From the IMG/VR virus record IMGVR_UViG_3300020814_000535: 64,000 nucleotides of DNA. The stretch is one strand, 5' to 3'. The notes under the pieces are model-generated. The model was not told the DNA's origin, searched no databases, and saw nothing but the letters and a program-made list of their open reading frames with translations. The DNA comes from a virus (lineage: Duplodnaviria > Caudoviricetes). The position numbers and the translations under genes are program-made. This document shows positions 39,559 through 49,356 of this stretch, piece after piece; within the stretch, counting starts at the first letter, position 1, and the number at the start of each line of letters is the position of its first letter.

Positions 39559-40590
39559 TTAACTCCCGTGCATCGTCGTTTGCTTATGAATCAAGACTGC
39601 CAGTTGCGCTTGAAGGGCTACTAATGGTTGTAGGAAGCTCCAAAGTTTCTTTACTGCTGATTTCTGGAATTTATTGAGATCCACTGGTTTAATCATTGAT
39701 CCCGCGACTTCTGGTCTGTTTGTCCCCGGTTCGTTTCCGTATCCTCCGAACTGAGTTCTCAAGGGTTCGTTCTTTGCCTCTTGAATATCGTCAAAAGTTA
39801 CAGAGGGAATCAGGTTTTTATTTGAACGGGCCAGGCATTGTTTGTACATTTCGAAATTAATTTTGGTTGGATCTTTAGCGTCGGGGAAAGAGCGTTTGAT
39901 TGCTTCAATTACATGATAATCTGCAACAGGATCTAGTTGTACAGCATAATCAGAAACTTTCTTATCAATTTGCTTCTCTACAACATCTGAAAGTTTTTCA
40001 AGTGCGTTATAGCTTTTAATAAGTTCTTCTGTTGTTTTGCGCGCTTCTTCAATTGGAGAAACTTCTGTCTCAGCGGGTATATAGGCTTCTGCGACCTCCT
40101 CATCAATTGGCGGCTCGACCCATTCAATGATTGGTTTTCTGTTGAGGACATCTGTCTCTCGGCTAAAATCACTAGGAACCTGAGCAGAATGAACGTGTCT
40201 TCGATTTAAAGCAAAATCACCAAGATCAGCTATCCGGAACCACCAATCGTACTCAGAGACAGCTCCAGACCCGTCTTCCACGTGAATAGAAGCTGTAACT
40301 GTCTGGAGAGGCACAAAGGAAGTGTCGCGCTGAATAATATAAGTCCAAGTATCATCTGCATACGCAACACTACCTGACCATCCACTTGCAGCCGCTCCTC
40401 CAGTCCAGGCCACTTCTCCAAGAATCGTAATAACTGTCTCTGAGGCATCCATCCCTTCATATTCGTCTTCAATGTAAATGCGAATTTCTGTTTCTGGATC
40501 TACGCCAACAGACTCATCCACTGGGTAGACTTCAGAAATAAAAAGATCCACATAATCAGCACCGTATGTGGATGAAAAAAATAGCCTCAC
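39559..40590 (-). CDS. Ig-like domain protein with shared C-terminal domain
   Basis: N-terminal YPVDESVGVDPETEIRIYI...; C-terminus matches the previous gene. Confidence 0.65.
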   Translation of the reverse strand: MRLFFSSTYGADYVDLFISEVYPVDESVGVDPETEIRIYIEDEYEGMDASETVITILGEVAWTGGAAASGWSGSVAYADDTWTYIIQRDTSFVPLQTVTASIHVEDGSGAVSEYDWWFRIADLGDFALNRRHVHSAQVPSDFSRETDVLNRKPIIEWVEPPIDEEVAEAYIPAETEVSPIEEARKTTEELIKSYNALEKLSDVVEKQIDKKVSDYAVQLDPVADYHVIEAIKRSFPDAKDPTKINFEMYKQCLARSNKNLIPSVTFDDIQEAKNEPLRTQFGGYGNEPGTNRPEVAGSMIKPVDLNKFQKSAVKKLWSFLQPLVALQAQLAVLIHKQTTMHGS

Positions 40591-40603
40591 TAAGACTTCC
40601 TTT

Positions 40604-43117
40604 TTATGCTACCGCTGTTGCTTCCGAAAAATCTAACATTGTTGAAATATCGGTGTATTGAACAATGGAGCCATCTTCCAAGTCTATTGTGTACAGCAGC
40701 GTTGTTGTTCCATCTAGACAGGCAACAATTAAATATGTTTCCTCGTCCTCAGTTCTCGAAATTAGACACGAAACTCGATCATAGTCTTGAAGTGTTTCAT
40801 TTCTTGCCCCAGATCCCTCTTCGCCCAACCAAAGCTCGAATGCTGCTAAAGCGTTGGATCGATATACTCCTTCGTTAGCAGCCATCCATACAATTGATCC
40901 AGAAGTAACTGTCAGCCTATACTGGGACTCGGCAACGCGCGTACCTGGCAAGGCAAGCGTTTTATCCGCCGTAAATGTCGAACCAAGACTAGCAACCCAC
41001 GTAGCATACGCTATATGATAAACATTTGCGGCAGTAACCCAATATAGATCTCCATTGGTATCTAGATAAACAAACTTTGTCGATGTCGCAGCATCCCATG
41101 TAGCGGTTAGCCCGTCTTCGCAACTGCCGCTAAGACAGGATTGCGACCTACGTGTAACAGACACTCCGGAACTGGTTGCTGCAGCCCTAATCTCATAGCC
41201 GCCGTAATCAAGCGCAGCACAACCATAGGTGCGACACGCAGTAGTTCCTAACGAAGCGACATCTCCTCCGTATCCAAAAGAACCAGGGCTCGTATTTCTG
41301 AGCTTAATTGATCCTCCCACGCGCTCTGCATCTCCTGCGCTATTACCTCTCCACGTAGACCCAGAATATGTTGTAGCGGCTGGACGCTGCAGAAATATAT
41401 TGTCCGTAGTAAAGTCGACTACAATCAAACCGCCGTTATCTGTAGTTGAATCTGGCGATCCATTTGCAATAAGCAATTTTCCATTGTCCCAATCTAACTT
41501 TCTTGGATAGGCGCTATTGTTATCAAATATAGCTAGATTAGTTCCTCGCAAGAATCTTGCCCACAAAGTATTGTCGGCCGGATTGATTAGGTTAACTTCA
41601 TTGAAACCTAATACACCAACAAGCAACGGCGGCATCGCTCCTAGTGGACCTCGATGAATTCCTGCAGCCTCATTTGGCCACCCATATGACGTAATTACTT
41701 GACCTCCGTTGATAGTAAATTCATCAAATTTAACCGAGCCCGCAGCGTTAAGGCATGCCTGCATGGACAGGAATACGTAGACATCACTATTTCCTACATC
41801 TTGGTCAGCAGGATAATCAGAACGTGTAATACTGGTCCATCCATCACCCAAATTGTGCTTATCATATGAATAAAAAGTAGTGCCAGTTCGCTTTAGCCTT
41901 AAATACCCCTTGTTATCGACAGCTATAGGATCCGACGTGCCCCCTGCACCCCATACTCCGGCCTTCATACCCTCAATTGATGCGTTAACCCAACCACCTC
42001 TACCTGTACTGCCATTCACTGCATACCAAGAGCCACCCTCCTTCCCTCCAACAACTTTGGCTACGCCAAGTAAAAATGCTATTCCATCTGCTGTGTGCGT
42101 CAATTCTGAGAAACGAACCTGAATGTCAAAATCTCCCTGCAAAACCCATAAAGGATTCGATATAACTCTACCAGCTTCCTTCCCTGGAAAAGAAGCTCCC
42201 GCTGTTGCTCCGCAAGAAATAACTATTTCTGATCCATTATTAGACAAAGTTGGTGTTGTTGCCGTAGGCGCAGGAGCACAACGCCAAGAAGCTGAATGGC
42301 TGTCGCGCCACATACCAACCCCAGCAACCGACCCCTTTAAGTAAGCTATACCGCCAGCAGTAAAGCCTGATCCTCCTCCAACACCGAACCTTCCTTGTGT
42401 TGTGTCGATCAAGATCACGTCAGAAATGTTTCTCGAACGCTGAACAGAAAGGCCGTTACTATCTATCTCCCCCTCACGAAATCGAGGAGGAGCATCAAAC
42501 TCTTCGATCTGCATGTAATCCCAACGACCTGTGACACCGTAATAACCATAGTTGCGTGTATAGAGCATACAAGCTATCGGCGTAAAGCCTAGACTGTAAA
42601 AATCAGTTCCTAACGTCCAGTCAGCAGCGCCACATCCCTTATACCAAACCTGGACTGTTCGATACACAGGATCATACAACATTTTAATAAATAGTGGATC
42701 AACTTGTGGAGTTGTACTGCCTAATGTAATGAGAGCAACATCAACATTTGTATTAGCCAATAGACGCCAGATTTTAAGTTTGTATGTAGTAGCCGCAGTC
42801 TTCCAAATGCAGGCTCCAAAAGCATTGTCTCGATCTTTATAGAACCCACAACCTGTATCGTGATTAGTTCCATAATCATTCGAAGTGTAGTAGATACATT
42901 TCGCAGTCAATTGCAGCATATGCTCTTCGTCGTCGGGGAGAGGAGTTTTGTATGCTATAGGACCGCGATGAGTAGCTCCATCCCAACCAGCATTGTTAGT
43001 ATTCACGCAAGCGAGCTGACAGTAACCACTGGCATACGTGATTGTGCCGCTAACTACAGAATGAGTAAAATCACTCTGTGCATCGCAATCGTGTCTCCAA
43101 AGTTCAGAGAGCGGCAT
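40604..43117 (-). CDS. lectin-like/beta-rich fibre or receptor-binding protein
   Basis: 837 aa, Gly/Thr/Trp-rich; LQGDFDIQVRF and YLRLKRTGTTFYSY segments resemble ConA/LamG-like folds. Confidence 0.5.
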   Translation of the reverse strand: MPLSELWRHDCDAQSDFTHSVVSGTITYASGYCQLACVNTNNAGWDGATHRGPIAYKTPLPDDEEHMLQLTAKCIYYTSNDYGTNHDTGCGFYKDRDNAFGACIWKTAATTYKLKIWRLLANTNVDVALITLGSTTPQVDPLFIKMLYDPVYRTVQVWYKGCGAADWTLGTDFYSLGFTPIACMLYTRNYGYYGVTGRWDYMQIEEFDAPPRFREGEIDSNGLSVQRSRNISDVILIDTTQGRFGVGGGSGFTAGGIAYLKGSVAGVGMWRDSHSASWRCAPAPTATTPTLSNNGSEIVISCGATAGASFPGKEAGRVISNPLWVLQGDFDIQVRFSELTHTADGIAFLLGVAKVVGGKEGGSWYAVNGSTGRGGWVNASIEGMKAGVWGAGGTSDPIAVDNKGYLRLKRTGTTFYSYDKHNLGDGWTSITRSDYPADQDVGNSDVYVFLSMQACLNAAGSVKFDEFTINGGQVITSYGWPNEAAGIHRGPLGAMPPLLVGVLGFNEVNLINPADNTLWARFLRGTNLAIFDNNSAYPRKLDWDNGKLLIANGSPDSTTDNGGLIVVDFTTDNIFLQRPAATTYSGSTWRGNSAGDAERVGGSIKLRNTSPGSFGYGGDVASLGTTACRTYGCAALDYGGYEIRAAATSSGVSVTRRSQSCLSGSCEDGLTATWDAATSTKFVYLDTNGDLYWVTAANVYHIAYATWVASLGSTFTADKTLALPGTRVAESQYRLTVTSGSIVWMAANEGVYRSNALAAFELWLGEEGSGARNETLQDYDRVSCLISRTEDEETYLIVACLDGTTTLLYTIDLEDGSIVQYTDISTMLDFSEATAVA

Positions 43118-43121
43118 CTAC

Positions 43122-43577
43122 TTAGACTCCTACCACATAAACTTTTTGAGCAGAAAGATTGAATCTTACTTCCTTTATCGTTTGAGCAAGGAGTCCTTGA
43201 GGAAAAAGTATGTAGAGCCAAAATGGCACGAAAGTAATAATATCCCCTTGATAGGCGTTTCCAATATCAGCTACTGAAATAGAATTCATTGAAGCAACAG
43301 ATTCCCACTCTACGGGAAGGGGTTCTGCCGCGACTTGTTTCAACTTCCACATCCACTTTGGAGAAGTGCTCCAAGCCGCTCCAACAGAAGTGTCGTTGAT
43401 AGTTAGAGTTATACTTGCGTAGGCATGTTTCTTGTCGTTATTTCTTAGCCAGAATGGAAGAACCATTGAGCCACCGACTTGTCCATCAAAAGAAATGCGA
43501 AAGGGATTCTTCCAAGTTTGATTTGTTACTATGTAAGAAGGATCGGAGGAGGGCTTGGTATAGATATCAAGACTCAT
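43122..43577 (-). CDS. hypothetical beta-rich protein
   Basis: 151-aa ORF. Confidence 0.6.
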   Translation of the reverse strand: MSLDIYTKPSSDPSYIVTNQTWKNPFRISFDGQVGGSMVLPFWLRNNDKKHAYASITLTINDTSVGAAWSTSPKWMWKLKQVAAEPLPVEWESVASMNSISVADIGNAYQGDIITFVPFWLYILFPQGLLAQTIKEVRFNLSAQKVYVVGV

Positions 43578-43580
43578 GCA

Positions 43581-46500
43581 TTAAATATTACTCCTAGTTG
43601 GTTTATTTCGCCAAGGCTTTCGTTTCCACTTAGGAGGAGGTTCATCTCTATTAAATCCAGGCCATGACCAAAGTTTTGAAGGATTGGACTGTGTTTGGTC
43701 CCTTGTGTGTGCGGCCGGAACTCTCGAGAAAACCTGGGGCAGTCCTCTGTGCTCTAGTTCTTTCGTTCTACCAGACTCTTTATTCTTGATAGACTCAATC
43801 TTCTTCTCGTGTTCTCTCGTTTCAGCCGGCGACTGACCTAGATTCCCTGCAAAACCAATTGTTGCTGTAAACTTTGGCTTCCCAAGATTTGTCTTCTCCA
43901 GGACAAACCCTACAAGAGCAAGATTCAATGCATCTACCAGGTGGTCTCCAACAGCTTCGTTCTGAGCTTCGTAATGGGGTTCACCAGATTCTGTCACATT
44001 CTTGATAATGTAACCTTGGAGACAAGCTGTTAACTTCTCGTCTGACTTGGGGAATTTAATTGTTCCCGTTTCAAACCTTCGTACTGAAGATTCGACCATG
44101 AATGGCTTAGCTGGCTTGTCTACGGGTTCTTTTGTAAACAGATCGTGGATTTGGATTTTCCCGCCGAACTTGTAAGCTTTAACAACGTTTCTCAGACGCG
44201 CATCGGGACTCGCAACACCCCGATTTGGATCTGCGGCAGCATTGTAACCTTCGCCATGCAGGAACTCGACTTGCGCATGACCAAACCCGCTGTCCACATA
44301 GATAAACTGCGGCATCCACATTCTATTCAACTCAACTACTTTCAACATTGCTGCCGTCTGATTCCATCCAGCCCTGCTAACAATCTGTTTATCTACAACA
44401 TAGAAAATGCCGTTTGTAGGATTGTAACCAACTACCATAATGGCTGTACCAATCTTCACATCATTCCAATCGACTCCAATTCCATAGAGCCAGTTGGGTT
44501 GTGGCCGCATATCTGCGTATTCATAATCTGACTGAGCAATCTCGATGTAACGATTCTGATAGACACCTTCCTCTTGTTCAGAGAAATTCGCACAGTTAAA
44601 AGTTCTTAGACCATTTGCAAGAAGATAAGAATGATCTGGCGTATCTACTGTAATGTTAAATACATCAACTTGGCCAATGGCTCTACTGTTAAAAACATCA
44701 ATAAACAAAGCTCCGTCTTTGGAAAGTCGCTTATCAAGCCATTCAGTAAATGGCAAAAACTTATCGGCTTTTCCATAAAGCCTCTTTGAATCCTTGTCGC
44801 ATTTGACGGCCTTTTCCACTTGGCTAAACGTCATTCCGAGTTCTCGCCCTATCTTGCGATAAGTCCCTCCTTCTTGTCTAAGCTGCCGTGCCTTATCGAA
44901 TTTCAGACACTTTTTTTGCAACTCATATTTCCAATGCATAAGATAGTGCAACCAATAAAAAGAAAGCTCTTCTTTTTCCTGCGCATACAGGTAACCGACA
45001 TTCCTAAAGAAAGATGTCATATTGTCAATGTCACTATATACATAGAGACTGTAAGTCTGATAACCAACTTTATTTTCTTTATGTGTATAAGTAGATCTGA
45101 TCCCACAATCATCTAAAAGTTTGACCAAAGACAAAAAGAAATCATGCCCATTTACTCCCGCTTGCTTATGCATAGATAGACTTATAGTCCCTGGCGTATA
45201 TCCATTCGACATTCTAGGTGTAGATCCCTCAGAACCAAAAAGAGCTGCTAAAAATGCAGCTTTAACCTCTGATTTACCGTTTTTTACAAAATCTGGAACA
45301 TCGAATTCTTGGTAAGTTTTTCTACCCCTGACAACTCCTCGCCCAATCAACTGCAAAGTAATATTCTTGCCAACATTCGCTGTATATCTGTCTCCATCAA
45401 CTTTTACCAATCTGTTTTCTTTATTAGTATTTTTTATGACGTCGTAAACGACTTTTCCATTATATTCCGGATAAAGACGTTTGATGTCGCAAATAATATT
45501 CTCAATATCTTGTCTATTCTTTGAATAAAAAGACGACTGGTATCTTGTAGAGCAACTAGAGCCATCACCAAGATTTGAACCAACCAACCTTGCCCATAAG
45601 ACATCTCTGTCAACACATTTTGCAGACTTATGATCAAATCTATAAACAGGAATTTCTGTCAGCTCTGAAATTGCTTGTTTCAAAAAGTCTCTATTCGGAA
45701 ACGAATGGTTTGGAGTGCAAACAAACTTTCCAGCCGATGTCTCAAACTCCCATACTTCTTTAGTCCCTGTTTTAGTAGCCCCTTTTAAGACTCGAACTGG
45801 GTTAGAAAAATAATCGTAAACAAAATCTGTATCTTTAATATCTTCAATTTTTCTCAAACCATCCTGTGTATTGGTTAATGTGTCTCCAACAAAACAAATT
45901 TCATGATCGTAACCAGCCTCAGTCGAATTCTCTCTGAAATATCTATCTCGCTCTTCCGTGTACATCGGGTTAACGAATGAAGAGTGGTGAAATTCTTTAT
46001 AGATCTTTGAAAAGCAAGCAGCATAGAATCTCTCTCGTCTACCAGTAGGAGTCGAGGAGAGCCAAACTGTTGCGTTGGGATGGTTAATTGTGACTGCGTT
46101 AATGGTATCATAGTCGTTGCTAGATAGATAATCGCCCTCATCGATAACCAGCATATCTGCATCTTGACCACGAGCACTACCAGCATCACCCTTTGACTTA
46201 ACACCCGAGGTAAAACCAATAACTCTGGAACCGTTATTCAGTTCTATCTTATAGTTAGGAGATTTAACTGAACTCGAGACCGATTGACGAAGTTGAGAGT
46301 TTTTATCTAGAAAGCTATTGATGCGCGCGAAAATCAAATCCACCTGAGCTTGATAAGGCGTAAGAACAAGAACCTTGAAGTTATCATTTGTGAACATATT
46401 AAAAAGCATCAGGATCGTCATAATCTCAGTCTTGCCAACCTGGCGTCCTAATCTGAGAACCTTGAATTTAGAAGTGCAACGAAGAGCCTGAGCTTGATAA

Positions 46501-46841
46501 GGTCTATGAAAAGGAGACTTACCTGCTAAACCATCTCTTGCATTGTAGGGATTGTATTGGTTTGCCAGCATCCCATCTTCAGTCTTCCTTCTCCAGACTT
46601 CTCCTTGTGGATCCAGACAATGCCAGTCCAAGTTTCTCGCGGCCCAAACAACTGGATCAAAAACAGAGATAGCCTCTTCTGGATCTTCTACTGATGCTAG
46701 AACATGGTCTGGTAGGTATTGCTCAGGAATGCCCTTACAAATTATCTCAAACTTATCGCCTTTACCTAGACGATGTTTCTGAACATAGCCCAGGATGCAG
46801 TCTTTACAGGTTTGATTACAGGTAGAGAGATTAAGAGGCAA
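43581..46841 (-). CDS. terL: terminase large subunit with intein
   Basis: Walker A GRQVGKT, Walker B LVIDE, motif STPTG, RNase H-like GVDWN and DHLVDA. Confidence 0.95.
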   Translation of the reverse strand: MPLNLSTCNQTCKDCILGYVQKHRLGKGDKFEIICKGIPEQYLPDHVLASVEDPEEAISVFDPVVWAARNLDWHCLDPQGEVWRRKTEDGMLANQYNPYNARDGLAGKSPFHRPYQAQALRCTSKFKVLRLGRQVGKTEIMTILMLFNMFTNDNFKVLVLTPYQAQVDLIFARINSFLDKNSQLRQSVSSSVKSPNYKIELNNGSRVIGFTSGVKSKGDAGSARGQDADMLVIDEGDYLSSNDYDTINAVTINHPNATVWLSSTPTGRRERFYAACFSKIYKEFHHSSFVNPMYTEERDRYFRENSTEAGYDHEICFVGDTLTNTQDGLRKIEDIKDTDFVYDYFSNPVRVLKGATKTGTKEVWEFETSAGKFVCTPNHSFPNRDFLKQAISELTEIPVYRFDHKSAKCVDRDVLWARLVGSNLGDGSSCSTRYQSSFYSKNRQDIENIICDIKRLYPEYNGKVVYDVIKNTNKENRLVKVDGDRYTANVGKNITLQLIGRGVVRGRKTYQEFDVPDFVKNGKSEVKAAFLAALFGSEGSTPRMSNGYTPGTISLSMHKQAGVNGHDFFLSLVKLLDDCGIRSTYTHKENKVGYQTYSLYVYSDIDNMTSFFRNVGYLYAQEKEELSFYWLHYLMHWKYELQKKCLKFDKARQLRQEGGTYRKIGRELGMTFSQVEKAVKCDKDSKRLYGKADKFLPFTEWLDKRLSKDGALFIDVFNSRAIGQVDVFNITVDTPDHSYLLANGLRTFNCANFSEQEEGVYQNRYIEIAQSDYEYADMRPQPNWLYGIGVDWNDVKIGTAIMVVGYNPTNGIFYVVDKQIVSRAGWNQTAAMLKVVELNRMWMPQFIYVDSGFGHAQVEFLHGEGYNAAADPNRGVASPDARLRNVVKAYKFGGKIQIHDLFTKEPVDKPAKPFMVESSVRRFETGTIKFPKSDEKLTACLQGYIIKNVTESGEPHYEAQNEAVGDHLVDALNLALVGFVLEKTNLGKPKFTATIGFAGNLGQSPAETREHEKKIESIKNKESGRTKELEHRGLPQVFSRVPAAHTRDQTQSNPSKLWSWPGFNRDEPPPKWKRKPWRNKPTRSNI
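44595..45896 (-). mobile_element. intein with LAGLIDADG endonuclease and HTH (434 aa)
   Basis: HEI|CFVGDT...TPNH...LVGSNLGDG...FLAALFGSEG...VFNITV...RTFN|C. Confidence 0.92.
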
Positions 46842-46859
46842 GATAGTGTGCTAATTTAC

Positions 46860-47405
46860 TTAAAGCATCGCTCTAAATGAGTTGTATGCTTTCGACGCTG
46901 TGTTTCCAATATAACTAATACTTCCTTGCCCTCGACGCAGCGCGTCTTTCCAAGCCGCTCCACCAGCAGCATCTAAAGCTCCTAGTCTCCCAAACCCCTG
47001 AGATCTCATAAAGCCATAGATGCCTTTGCCGTAATTATAGCTACCTGCCAACCCCCTGCCTACGCGGGCGGCTCCAAGACCAAGCAATGCACCAGATGCA
47101 GCATTAAGGCCCAAATTATCTCCACTTCCTAATAGCCCTCCAACAGCAGCTCCACCAGCTGCAGCATACATAGTTCTTCCTCTTGTGCTGCCAATCATTG
47201 CTCCAGCCATAGCCCCACGAAAAGCACTCCCAAACATAGAGGTGTCATCAGAAAAACCACCATACATTGCCCCCATACCAGCCCCAGATAAGGCGCCTCG
47301 ACCAGCACGGCTTCCAATAACATCAAGGCCTATAGCTTTAGCCCATGAACCCGCCTCAGCCCCATATCCTTTAACTGCTCCCCAAGCAGAATTGTACCAA
47401 GCCAT
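46860..47405 (-). CDS. Gly/Ala-rich glycine-zipper protein
   Basis: GxxxG repeats; paralog of the next gene (SDDTS; AGGAAWKDALRRGQ). Confidence 0.7.
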   Translation of the reverse strand: MAWYNSAWGAVKGYGAEAGSWAKAIGLDVIGSRAGRGALSGAGMGAMYGGFSDDTSMFGSAFRGAMAGAMIGSTRGRTMYAAAGGAAVGGLLGSGDNLGLNAASGALLGLGAARVGRGLAGSYNYGKGIYGFMRSQGFGRLGALDAAGGAAWKDALRRGQGSISYIGNTASKAYNSFRAML

Positions 47406-47417
47406 AAACTAATCTCC

Positions 47418-48014
47418 TTACGGAATGGCGCTAAATGCATTGGGAGCAGAACCTTGAGTCGCTCCTATTCTGCGAGCCGAGGACCTTCCACTTGCTAGTG
47501 CTTCACGGAACGTAGCTTGGCCAGCAGCTCTAAAAGAACTTAGTATTCCTCTTTTTTGAATCCCTCGAGCAAAATTCCAAGTTGCCTTGCCTGCTCCAAG
47601 TCCTCCTCCAGTCCCCCAAACTCCAGAAGCAAAAGCACCTATAGTGGAAGCAGAGGCCTGTCCTCGACGCAATGCGTCTTTCCAGGCAGCTCCACCAGCA
47701 GACCCAAGTGATTCCATCCTGCTAAATCCTTGCCCCCTCATGAAGCTATAAATGCCTTTCCCGTACCCATAACTACGATAAGCTCCTCTTCCCACATAGG
47801 CTCCTGCCGCCCCTCCTACTGCGCCCATGGCCATGCCACCAAGAATTGAGGTGTCATCAGACGCAGCTCCATAAATTCCTCCCAAACCCGCCCCGACAAC
47901 AGCTCCTTTCCCTATATGACTACTCCAAACACCTGCTGCTCCAGCCTTAGTAGTTCCCCAAGCACCTGCGGCTGCTCCTCTAGTAGCTCCCCAGGCTTTT
48001 CCTAACCAAGACAT
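47418..48014 (-). CDS. Gly/Ala-rich glycine-zipper protein
   Basis: GxxxG repeats; paralog of the previous gene. Confidence 0.7.
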   Translation of the reverse strand: MSWLGKAWGATRGAAAGAWGTTKAGAAGVWSSHIGKGAVVGAGLGGIYGAASDDTSILGGMAMGAVGGAAGAYVGRGAYRSYGYGKGIYSFMRGQGFSRMESLGSAGGAAWKDALRRGQASASTIGAFASGVWGTGGGLGAGKATWNFARGIQKRGILSSFRAAGQATFREALASGRSSARRIGATQGSAPNAFSAIP

Positions 48015-48022
48015 TATTCCTC

Positions 48023-48682
48023 CTACCGAAAATAAGGCTGACTAATCAATCCCGCTTCATTACCAAGAGCGCCTCTACCATTGATTCTGCTATCTTGAAT
48101 TGCATTCAATGACCTTTGTCTCATTGTAGCATTGTTTCCAAAAGGATCTAAGGCTGGAGTCCCCATTTGTACTCCAGCGTACCCTCTTCTATATTTATCT
48201 GTATAATTTCGAACATAGCCTTTCAAAGAAGTAAAAGCTGCAGGATCTCTACCAATGTTGTAAGCCGTCTTTGCGCCAAGATATCCTGCAACACCCATTA
48301 GTGCAGGAGCCCAAGCAGCCCGAAGTGCGGCTCCCATAACATAAGTCAACGCCAACGATTCGCCCCCGGCTTTAATTGCCCCCCAAGCTCCACCTTCTTT
48401 GTAGCCGCTATAGACTTCATATCCAAGAATCGCGGGACCAATTAGTCTTCCTGCAGCTCTACCTAGAAGTCCTCTCTTAACTCCCTCTTGTACTGGATGG
48501 CCTTTTTGAAGACCAAACATCCAGCGGACGTCATTCATTGCTCCTTTGTGGATACCTGTTTCAGTCCACTTCTTAAAAATTCCGCTCTTTGCACTAGCTG
48601 GATCTCGGGTAAAGAAATCCATACTTCTTTTTCCTAATCTTCTTAATCTTCCTCCAAATCCTTGTTCGCTGTCAGTAATCAT
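48023..48682 (-). CDS. Gly-rich hydrophobic protein
   Basis: 219-aa ORF, coupled to the upstream gene by TAATG. Confidence 0.65.
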   Translation of the reverse strand: MITDSEQGFGGRLRRLGKRSMDFFTRDPASAKSGIFKKWTETGIHKGAMNDVRWMFGLQKGHPVQEGVKRGLLGRAAGRLIGPAILGYEVYSGYKEGGAWGAIKAGGESLALTYVMGAALRAAWAPALMGVAGYLGAKTAYNIGRDPAAFTSLKGYVRNYTDKYRRGYAGVQMGTPALDPFGNNATMRQRSLNAIQDSRINGRGALGNEAGLISQPYFR

Positions 48683-49347
48683 TAGCCGTGTCTCCTACGA
48701 TGTAAACCTTGAGTTAATCCTACTGTACTGTCTTGTAACATCTCTCTTGAATCTGTAGAAGAAGCTCCTCTACTCATTGCTAGTTCTGACATTTCGTCAT
48801 CTGAAAGATTTGGACCAGAATTACCTGAAGTCATTTCGCTTATTCCCATATAGGCTCCCGCTCCTAATCCTAGAGAAAGAAGTGGATGTCTGTTCATCCA
48901 ACCAAGAACTCCCTTGGTCATTTTGTAGGCACCTTTTACTGCCCGCGCGGGTGCTCGAACGTAGCCTCTATATAACGCCTTGGCTCCACTCCATGCTCCG
49001 CGCTCTCCTCCTTCTCCAAGAACTCCTGCGTAGGCCATATGGTAAGGAGTAGAAGCTAATGCTGTTCCACCTTTCCAAAGACCTTTAGCTACTAGTCCTG
49101 GTGCCATTGCCGCTGCACCAACACCTAATCCTGCCATACCTCCAGCCATTACGTTTTGAAATCTTGCATTCGAAGATTCTTCGTCTCCTGCTAACGCCCC
49201 AACTCCGAGACCAACTCCAGTTATTGCTCCTCCCAACAGTAGTTTTTTAGTGGCGCCACTTAGTCCTCCATAAACACCAGCACCAACTCTGGCTCCTCTC
49301 CCCGCGAGACTCAGTACAGCTGGATTTATATTTGAAAGTGGATTCAT
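48682..49347 (-). CDS. Gly-rich hydrophobic protein
   Basis: 221 aa with several glycine-zipper segments. Confidence 0.65.
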   Translation of the reverse strand: MNPLSNINPAVLSLAGRGARVGAGVYGGLSGATKKLLLGGAITGVGLGVGALAGDEESSNARFQNVMAGGMAGLGVGAAAMAPGLVAKGLWKGGTALASTPYHMAYAGVLGEGGERGAWSGAKALYRGYVRAPARAVKGAYKMTKGVLGWMNRHPLLSLGLGAGAYMGISEMTSGNSGPNLSDDEMSELAMSRGASSTDSREMLQDSTVGLTQGLHRRRHG

Positions 49348-49356
49348 AGTTTAATT

